64,000 nucleotides of DNA, taken from the NCBI GenBank assembly GCA_039096225.1, contig JBBPEB010000032.1:868001-932000 (forward strand). The letters run 5' to 3'. This DNA is from Blastocystis sp. Blastoise. Lineage: Eukaryota > Protista > Bigyra: Opalinata. The position numbers were made by a program, and so were the translations under genes. Positions 53,701 to 64,000 of this stretch are shown in pieces. Under the pieces are notes generated by a model that searched no databases, was not told the DNA's origin, and saw only the letters and a program-made list of their open reading frames with translations. Positions within the stretch are counted from its first letter, which is position 1. Every line of letters starts with the position of its first letter.

Positions 53701-54602
53701 TCCTTACTGTGTATCATATCCTGAAGTGATGATTTTAAGCCATCTTTCTGAACTGATAATTGCTGAAAATCATTCTATATAGAATATATATGTTATATAT
53801 ATATTATATATAATTATTTAATAAAGAATAAAGTAAATATAATCCTAATTATAAGAATATTATAATAATACATAAAAACAAAAATGTATAGAATAATATC
53901 AATAAACATAATAAAAATAGAATAAAAACCCACTTTAATACTATTAATAATAATCTTTTGTTTTTCAATTAATTTATTTTTTATAGCTATATCAATTTGT
54001 AATGAAGTTACTAGTTGAGTCATAGACTCTTGTTCAAACTATATACTAATAATAAACATATATATAACCTATATACATCATGATCTTGCTTATATTTCAA
54101 ATCCTGCATTTTATGCTGAAGATTTTCATTCTCAAGTTTTAATTTTTCCAATCTATAGAAGAAGAAGAATATTCATAAACAGTAATTGGAAAAATTAAAA
54201 AATACTTGTTTGTTGCTTCAATGAGTTGATTGTCAGTTTCACGAATAGAATCCGAATAACTAAATTGCTTCTGATTTAGTTCATATATCTTCGTTAAATA
54301 CCCTTCAATTGTAGTATCATCGGCTTTGCTTTTCAACTTTAATTTGCTAATTGTATCATTTAACTCAGATATTGTTTGACGCATATTAAAATTATCATCT
54401 TCTAATGACAAACATCGATTCTGTATAGAGTTGTACTTCGTTTTCCAAGAACATATTTCAGTATCTGCAAGAGAACCATTATTTACACATTCAGAATGAG
54501 GTTTCCTTTCATCTATATAATTTTAACGTATTCTATTACATAAATCCAACACAAATTACCTGAATCCTGAGACAATATGCTCTCTTTTTCTAGAGTTGAC
54601 AT
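50722..54602 (-). CDS. Hypothetical protein: N-terminal coiled coil plus long Ser/Pro-rich low-complexity region
   Basis: Short GT-AG-joined coiled-coil exons followed by a ~2.57-kb terminal exon. Confidence 0.75.
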
Positions 54603-55608
54603 TTATATCTTATGATCTTATGAAAATAGCACTCAATATAATGGTAAAGAAATATTAATAATGTTTATATTAAGAATTAATAAAAAGAATCCAAAAAATG
54701 GAAGTCAAACAGAATTCTTTATAAAAAAAATAAAAGAGTTTCTTTTTTAACAATTTATACATTGAAGATAGAAATTATTTAATAATAATTGATTTAAAAA
54801 TAATTTATGATATATTCTATACATTGTTAATCTAATATATCAAATAATAATAAGTATAGTATCTCTTTTCAATTTGATGATTTCATAATACATTTTTTTT
54901 TCTCTCAATTTATTCTCAGAAATGATGACAAACATGGGAATATATTTGATGATATCAGAAAATGCGATTATAAAGTTAGTAAGTTGATAGACTCTAAATC
55001 TTCTGGGTAAATCTTACTATATATGTTTTCACTTTATTGGTACATGGGTATTTATTATGTTATTGAATGCTATTTAATATTAATTCATAATATTGTTAAA
55101 TGTGAATCCTTTTTTCTATAATTCTGGTTGTTTTCATAATGTTATTAAGATATCATTGTGATAGAGTAAATAATAGTTCAATGAGTGATTGATCCTATAT
55201 GGTTTTACATATTGATTTGAAACAAATAGTATTTCACACACAGTCTTTATCATTAAAAGTATTTTCAAATCATTGATAAATTATTATATCGTTTCGTCGT
55301 TTATACATATGCTTAATATTTTTTAAGATATAAATCATTATTTAAGAATTTACTATTTCTTGAGTTTTATTTAATGTCAAAAGTAAATTATTCTGTGTTC
55401 GTACAATTCTATATCTTAATGATTTAGTCATAATAATAAAATTGTTTTGTAATATTATTATCCTATATATTTATAGCATAACCATAATTCATATAATCAT
55501 TACACAATTATAGATTTAAAAATAGACATGTGAATATCATAAGTAAAACATCAGACTGTATATATAAAGATAAATAAATATTATTGAATAGAAGATAAAC
55601 AAAAAAGT

Positions 55609-56440
55609 TTATTCTGAATGACTTTTATGTTTCTTCTCTTTCTTTTCTATATATATAGAATCAATATATATATATATATATATGGATAATAAGCAATATA
55701 ATTCTATATATACCTTTTTTGTCTTTTTCCTTTTTGTCATGTGATTTTTCTATATATAATAAATATTAATATTATTATATGAAAGAATAATTATATATTA
55801 GTGATAATAATATATATACCATCTTTATCCTTTGCTTTTTTATCTTTATCTTTTATATATGTGTATAAATTATAGTAGAATAAGAGTAAAAAAAATAATA
55901 AATACGATTAGATTAAGGTAGAGATATACTTTTTTCTTTTTTATCTTCTTTTTCTTTCTTATCTTTTTTATCTTCCTTCTTATCTTTCTTTTCCTTCTTA
56001 TCTTTCTTTTCTTTCTTTTCTTCCTTCTTTTCCTCATTTTCTTTCTTTTCTTTTTCATTTGAAGGTCTACAAACAATAATGAAAAAAATATTTACATAAA
56101 AACATACTCAGTACAACAGTTCGACATCTTTTTAGTTTCTTTTTCGGCCTATATACGTTGTATAAAATATAATAATAAATAATTATATGGAAAAAAATAC
56201 TAATTTATTAAATTCTTGTTCAGTTACAGGTTTTGTTTCATTAAGATCAAGAGGTGGAGCATCACTAATCCCAAGAGCCTCTTTGGATTCTGGTGATAAA
56301 GGTCTAGCTACAAATTGTCGCTTAGAGAAATATTGCTTCACAAAATCATGAACAGCACTTGATGTATCAACATCATCATCAGCTATATTAAGAGTTCTTT
56401 TTTGTCCCCCTGTGACCTTTATACTCATATTCGGTTTCAT
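55609..56440 (-). CDS. Hypothetical protein with Lys/Glu/Asp-rich tail (KDKKEK repeats)
   Basis: ORF 56183-56458 spliced in frame to short K-rich exons ending KHKSHSE*. Confidence 0.7.
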
Positions 56441-57134
56441 CGTGTCGGATTCTTTCAAATAAAAGAAATGAATACACTTACTAAATAATGATTTTTGAGT
56501 TCTTTTATTCTTTTTTTAACATGAATTCTATCATATATATTATTATATTTTTTAATTTAATACAAATATGACAGTTTATTGCTATTTCATAATTGTCTCT
56601 GATCTTTTATACATAATTTCAAAAGAGTATTGATCAATGAAAACTCGGCTTTTTCATTATTAATTGATATATCTGTATAATAAATGTAAAGAGAAAAACG
56701 TTTTTAGAAAAGAACTACTTATTTGTTGTAAGCTAGTACAGTATCGTGCATTTTTGTTTGTAAATAAGCTTTATAATTTTAATTATCATACTTGACAGAG
56801 TGAATGTGATATGACAGATATATTAAAAAAATGATTTTAAAATGGATAGTATTCATAATGAATGATTTTGAATTTATTAATTGAACATTAGTAATTCTAA
56901 TTAGACGATATCAACGAATAGAAGAGTTCTGATTACTTATATCTATTATATTAAATTAAATGATGATAAAAAGAGAACCAAACAAGAAATGAAAATGGAA
57001 ATGAAAGAGAAACTTTGTTCATTCAATCTGGCAACGTGATTCCCAAGGTTATTTAAAAAAACAAACTTTTCCATGTATTCTTGTGACATTCTATTTCAAT
57101 CTCCATTTTCGTGCTCTCCTCTACGTATATAAAG

Positions 57135-58146
57135 ATGACTGATAACAACGATAAACGTGAAGCTGGTCCCTCCAAGCTTGACTCTCTTCTTGATAACATA
57201 AATATTTCTGATTCTGCTGTTAATAACATGTCATCTATGTTTAATTCTTCCGATGATGGACAATATGATTTCCTTGAACCTGATAAGGTCAAACGTACAT
57301 GGAGTGAAATGTGCTTTCACAACGTAGCTGTTTGCTATTTATCAGGTTTAACTTTTGGTGGTATCTATGGTCTTTATGAAGGTTTGAAAACTAATAAGTC
57401 TAAATATTTTAAGATTCGTGTCAATACTGTTTTAAATAAAATGACTCTTCGTGGTCCTTCTATCGGTAACGCTGCTGGTATCTTAGGTAAGTTTTTATTG
57501 AACACTATTTTTATTTGACACTATTTTTTTTCATATTTTTCTTGATCATTATTTCAATGTCAATCTCTATGATTTAAAACTATTAATATACTTAGCTTTA
57601 CTTTATGGTAGTTCTATCTGGGCTATTGATAAGGGTTGTGACCAAGTAGGTGTTCATAAGAATGATATAGTAGGCCCTCTTGCTGCTGGCTTTACTACAG
57701 GTGCTTTCTTTAAATGTACAGGTATGTTTAGGATTCCTTTTCTTTTTTATAATATTTATAATATTTAGGTTTTTTATTCTTTTATTATATATTATTATTT
57801 ATTATTTATAATTATTATTTTATATTTATTATTTTAATATATTTAATATTTTAATATATTTAATATTTTATATATTATCTTTATTTATAATTATTATTTC
57901 ATATATTTATTATTATAATTAAACATATTATATAATGCAATGTATTATATAATTTATATCAGACTGATTATATTAACTTTATTATTTCTCTTCCCCTTCT
58001 CCATCCTCTTTTCTATAGCTGGTTTCAAGTCTTCTATATTATCTGGTATTATTGGTATAGGTGCTGTATTAGCTTTAAAGGGCATTCAGGAGGTACAGAA
58101 GAAGATGGGAGTCAAAGGACACTGGAGGACTCTTCTCTATCTTTAA
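57135..58146 (+). CDS. TIM23: Mitochondrial inner-membrane translocase Tim23 (Tim17 family)
   Basis: RTWSEMCF...YLSGLTFGGIYGLYEG, KIRVNTVLN...RGPSIGNAAGILALLY, AAGFTTGAFFK. Confidence 0.88.
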
Positions 58147-58147
58147 G

Positions 58148-58189
<42 letters not shown>

Positions 58190-59048
58190 ATTCTTATTAT
58201 CTATATTTATATCTACTTTTTATTCTTTATACTTCTCTTACTATATCAATACATTTTTATATACATTCTTTTAAGGTCTACTTTTTATTATTGCTTTTTT
58301 TTTGACCTTATTTGTGGGGTTTAGACATTTCACTTTTCTTTATTTTACTATTGATTGATGGGTTTTATTTACTATCCTTGTTTTGTTAAAAGATTTTTTA
58401 AATATGTATACTATAAATAAAGACATGAAAAATAAGTATATAACTCAAATACTCATTTCATATCATTTAATCCATTTATTATATAGTATATGAAGTTATT
58501 ATTTTCATTGCTTCGAGTATTATTAAGACAATTGTATAAATTATGTCTCACTATCTCATAAGAATTTGATAAAATTAAAAATACAGGATTTTCAAACTTT
58601 CGAATAAAGATTGAAAACAATAATCAACAGTTTTATTCACCAAATCATCACTCTAACATTTATCTTGCCTTGATATCTTCGATTCTATATGTACAATACC
58701 TTAATCTTCAATGAAATTGGTGAATTCTAACATATATAGAACTCAACGTTTCTTAATAATAGAAATGATTAGACTCCTATAATAAACATATATTTATTCA
58801 GTTTGAATATGATTTTTTTTCAGAAAAACTGATTTATACTGATTCTTTCTAAAATTTCTATGAGTCATTTTCATTTTTTTTTTTGAGAATCTTCTCCTCA
58901 TTTTTATGGGGAAATGACGTCATTCGATCAGAAGTCGAATGTATGAACAGAAGTTCAGTAACATGTTATGTTGTTCGATTTATTCTTTCATTTATTAGAA
59001 ATACATTCCATATTTCTTTATTTTTCAATTTAGATCAACTATCTTCCA

Positions 59049-60278
59049 ATGAGTTTTTCTGTTTCTTCTATTGCAATCAGTATGGGATCTATGGTCCTCT
59101 CTCGTATGATCGATGTTTCTGATCCTGTACGACTTAATATCTTCAGAGGTGTCTATGTTGCTTTAATGCTTATTTCCTCTGCTATATACTTTTATATTAA
59201 ACAAAAAGTTATTGAAAAGAATGATACTAGAAAAATCTGGATTGAAAAGAAGATGATGGGTGTTACGGATTGTCAAGAATCTACGTATGTTCAATACGAA
59301 ACTGAAATGGCTGATAAGATGATCTCTTCTCCTATCCAAGGTGCTTTAATGACCTTAGGTTTAATGTCTATGTACATGAAATTACATTATGGCCTTTTAA
59401 TGCAAATTATTCAATTCCCCTATACTCTCTACAAAAATCCTTTATTCAAGAAATATATTTTAGGTATGGATATTCCTAAAGCTTATGGTGAAACTACTGA
59501 ATGGTAAATTTATAATTTCTTTCTTTTTTATTATTATTTAAAATATTATTTGTATACTATTCTCTACATTATAGTCCTATTTCTAAGATGACTGGTGAAG
59601 AAGCTAAGAAGAATCTTAAGAAGGCTATTGTCGATACTTGGGATCAATGCGAACTTGCTGATTATTCTAAATTAGAAGAATTAATTAAAAACACTAAAGA
59701 ACCTAATGCTACTACTACTGTATATATTTGATATTAAATATTAGTTATTGAAGATTATTAATATATTCTAAGTTATATTATAGAATTATCTTTAGTATAT
59801 TGTAGTATTCTATATATATATATATATAGGATGGTTGGACTCCTCTTATGGTTCTTATGGGTAATACTACTGCTAATCCTTCCTTTGTCAAGTCCTTCCT
59901 TGCTCTTGGTTGTCAATATACCATGAAAGATAATCAGGGATGGACTCCTCTCCATTGGGCTGCTTATCATAATAATGTCGCCATGGCTGAAGTATATACT
60001 ATACTTATATTCATATTATATTTATATATGATTATTTATTTTGTTTATATTATGATTATATATTTTTGTTTATATTATATTTATGATTATGATTATATTT
60101 ATGATTATTATTTAATCATTTAGTATTATATATATATATAGGCTTTATTTAATGAAGTCAAGGAATCACGTGCTTTAGAGTTATGCGTCATCACTGATAA
60201 GGAGGGAAACACTCCTTATGAATTAGCCGCTAAAGAGAATCAAGAACAATTCGTTACTTGGATCCGTAGATGCTTAGA

Positions 60279-60318
<40 letters not shown>

Positions 60319-60527
60319 ATTATTATTATTATTATGTTTTATTATTATTATTATTATTATGTTTTATTATGTTTTATTATGTTTTATTTATAATATCACT
60401 ATATACAATGATTCCTTGTATATATAGTGATTATTACATTTTCCTTAAGGATACTAACGTCGCTATTCCTCAAGAAACTGAAGCTAAAATACGTTCCTTC
60501 CTCAATAATAAACTTAAAAATGAATAA
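59049..60527 (+). CDS. Pho88/SND3-like membrane domain fused to ankyrin repeats
   Basis: KVIEKNDTRKIW, STYVQYE, LLMQIIQFP...NPLFKKYILG; in-frame splice to DGWTPLM, QGWTPLHWAAYHN, EGNTPYELA. Confidence 0.8.
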
Positions 60528-61027
60528 ATTCATTGATTTATCTATTAGTTGCTATTACTTTTGATACTTTTTTTTTGTGTCTTTATACAGTTATAAGACT
60601 TTCTATATATATATATTTATATGCTCTATTTCATGTTGATATTGTATATATTTATCTTTTAATTTTATGCTATTAGTCTTTATCTCTGGGGTGTTCACAT
60701 TATATATTCCATTTATTATATTTCCATATAAACTTTTTTGTTATTAATTGTATACTTTAAAAATTGTTTGGCTTATTATACTTTATATATAATGAAAGTA
60801 TACTTTTTTAGAAATTAAAAAAAATGGTCAAATAGAGAACTAAACGTATATATATATATAATTTAGAGAAAATTACAAAAATAAAAACATAAACACAAAT
60901 ACACAAATAAGCAGACAATGTGCTAATAACAAAAAAAGAAAAGAAATTAAAAGTAGATCATAAAGAGAATGAAGTATAAAGTATACAGAAAGTGAATGAT
61001 TCTATGAATATATATATATAGAATAGT

Positions 61028-61485
61028 TTATTCCTTCTTCAAAGTAATGGGTTGTACTAGTATTCCGTTCTTCGCGTCACCATCTCGCCACCAACGACCG
61101 AAACGATGCTCCTGACCAACAGCAGCTACAATGAAACGTCCTTGGGGCGAAATACATAATCCATTCATAAAGCCATCATAGTCAATAGAATGAAGGAGAT
61201 TGATGTCTCTCTTGTTCTTACTTACTGTATACACCTTCAAACCACTAGCATAAGAACCAATAGCAAAGAGATCAGAATTATAAATAGAAGCAATTGATAC
61301 AGTCCAACGACTATCTCCAAATACATTAGGAAGAATATTAATAGGTTTCTTTTTCATCGTATTCCAAAGACATATATCACCTTTCTGACTACCAGACACA
61401 AATGAATTCGGTCCAAGACACGTGACAGCCTCCTGACTGAGCATGGTCGTCATTCCACGATAAATCAATTGTGTTTCATCAATAA

Positions 61486-61564
<79 letters not shown>

Positions 61565-61898
61565 ATATATATAATATAATATATATATACCTTCCAAAGA
61601 CGAAGTGTGTTATCAAAGCCAACGGAGACAACTTTATCCTCCCGGAGACAGTCGAGGCCCATAACGGCGCTCTGATGGCCGAATCTAAAGATAGGGGAAT
61701 AGGAATATATTATAGATATATAAAGTAACGTAATAACAATAGATAGTAATATATACTTATATATATATTAACAAACATAATAATAAATAGAATATATATA
61801 TACAGAGTTTCAATATAAGCATTATCCGTGAGATTCCAGCTTTTAATAACACGATCTTCACCTCCACTGTATAACTATATAAGTATAATAATAATAAG

Positions 61899-61997
<99 letters not shown>

Positions 61998-63018
61998 GCA
62001 AAAAACAAAAAACAAAAAACAAAAAACAAAAAACAAAAAACAAAATAATAATAATAATATATCTATATACAGTATAACTATTGGGTTTGAACTTAACGGT
62101 ATATATACTTCCTTTATGTCCTTTAAATTCTTCTTTCTGTTTCCCGCCTTCTCTCACATCAAATATACGTATATACTGATCTTTCCCGCCACTGGCAAGA
62201 AGGTTCCCATCAAATGCAATATCAACACTATATACATCTCCATGGTGACCTTTAAAGTTCTTTAATTCTTCAGTATTCCCGCGGGTCTCGCGACATCCCT
62301 TGAAATATGTGACTTTCTTTCCTGTTTCGATATCCCATTGGATAATATCACAGTCTTTACTACCAGTATACACATAATGCTCATCAGGAGACAAACAAAT
62401 ACAAGTTGGAGACAACTATATATATATATATAGATATAGATACAAATATTTATTATATACTAAAGATAGAATATTAAGAAAATAAGATATATACATGATG
62501 ACCAGTGTAAAAACTTGATTTACCAAAACTTGTACTATCTAATTTATCTGCATATGTTGTGAATACATTTCCACGTTTCTATATATAATCAATCATAAAT
62601 AAAGGATAAAATATTTAATCAAGTTTCCATATAAAAAAAAATATATATATATTTCAAATAAATAATATACTTCTTGAACATCTTGCTCTAAACGTTTTTC
62701 AACTAAATTATCTAAATCATCAGAGTCTTCATCATCATCACCTTCCTCATCAGAACCTGCTTTGTTAGATCCTTCTTCTTGTTTAATCTTTGCTAAATAT
62801 TCTTTAGCCATTCTTAATTTAGCTTCTTCTACAGTCTCTTGAACTTCTTCTTCACTAGACTCCTCACTGTTTTCAATGTTAGCAGCTTCATTATCAGAAA
62901 TCGCAGACTCATCATCACTTGAGATTTCCCAATTATAGTCTTCTTTTTCTACTTTTTTGGTAGATTGATTTCTTTTTGATTTAGGTCTATTAGAACCACC
63001 AATTGGTCTTTTAGGCAT
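61028..63018 (-). CDS. RRP9: U3 snoRNP WD40 protein RRP9/U3-55K
   Basis: ETVEEAKLRMAKEYL, WD40 repeats, ETLFGHQ, AVGQEHRFGRWW. Confidence 0.95.
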
Positions 63019-63763
63019 TTTAATAAAAGAAAATTCAATAAAACAATATATTGCCTTTTACTCAAGAAAAACCAACACTATTGAAATATCCATTTAATCA
63101 GGGTTAATTCTATAAACTATAGTGAGATTTCTAAAATTTTCATGTCAAGTTATTATTTATAATTTTCATTCTTTCTATGTGGTTGTGTTGGTATTCTTTT
63201 TTTTATTCTTACCTAAGTCATCTTTATTTGTCCCGTCCTCTCTAAATACATGCATAAATCGATTAAAAGCAACGATTTTATCAATGTTAAAAAATTTCTA
63301 TTTTTTAAATTTAAGTTGTTTCATACAACATACGACAAACACTATAATTCTTATAAGTTTGAAATATGAAGACACTGCATACATTTTGAAAAATGATATG
63401 TGTATTTGGAAATTTTCTCTATTTATTGATCTTTATAACAAATAATAAATCCCGATCTATTATAGATTTTATGAACTCAATGAATTTGCTTTGAAATGTA
63501 TAGAATCAGCTCTATATTCAGTTTGATTAATTTATACAGCTATTTTTGCTTTTTACATTGCTATATTTTATATTTAAGCATTAAAAATCTTTTTGTAATA
63601 TACTAAATATATTTATATTGCTAGAATCATAGAGTCTAAGGTATTTTTTGGTTTCATGTTTTGCATCAACAGTGTCTACTTTTATACTTAGAGTCTACTT
63701 TATTAAGGAAATATTCATTTTAGTGTATAACAGATTATTAAAGATAATAATATATTATAAAAC

Positions 63764-64000
63764 ATGTCATCAAACAATAAAAAAGTGAGTTTTGTTCTAT
63801 TTTTCTTTTTGCTATCATTTAGTTATTTCAAAACAATATGAGTTCCCAATCATTGGATATTAATATAAATAATGATAACGAAACATTTAGACCTATTTCA
63901 TTGATAGAACCCCCGGTTACATCAACCACATTCGGCCAGAAAGTAGTTACAGAGAATCGAAAACACGGTCTAATGTTTGGACCATTCCTTCCTATTGATT
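63764..64000 (+). CDS. 5' part of an unidentified gene running off the right edge
   Basis: MSSNNKK, GT-AG intron, then LFQNNMSSQSLD... open to window end. Confidence 0.55.

Overview
A very AT-rich, gene-dense, intron-rich eukaryotic (protist) chromosome segment; no prokaryotic, CRISPR or mobile-element signal. About 27 spliced protein-coding genes were reconstructed by hand: RPL23, YchF/OLA1, a SPO16/PTD-like gene head-to-head with HOP1, POLE2, RPL37, a CHD-type remodeller, MLH3, RPL10A, intronless RACK1, a GT-A glycosyltransferase, a cyclin, RPS17, PP1, an Arf-like GTPase, an MFS transporter, ANK-TPR, a mitochondrial carrier, PMM, Tim23, a Pho88/SND3-ankyrin fusion, RRP9 and several hypotheticals. 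Most long poly-Y/I/L ORFs in the track are intronic (TA)n/(TAT)n microsatellites. Gene content suggests a stramenopile, possibly Blastocystis-like (inference only). Main findings: (1) a ~230-nt structured minus-strand RNA at 26650-26878 with a 1.5-repeat telomere template (ACCCUAACC), boundary hairpin, enclosing stem, TATA-like box and T7 tract, a strong telomerase RNA candidate; (2) a U12-type AT-AC intron; (3) a meiotic SPO16/PTD-HOP1 divergent pair near an MLH3 with a degenerate ATPase domain; (4) a palindrome CCGCGG repeated in exons in all three frames; (5) seven introns whose GT/AG ends are replaced by the adjacent exon's sequence (RNA-polishing artefact or mRNA-templated conversion). 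Exon boundaries were read by eye and no searches were run.
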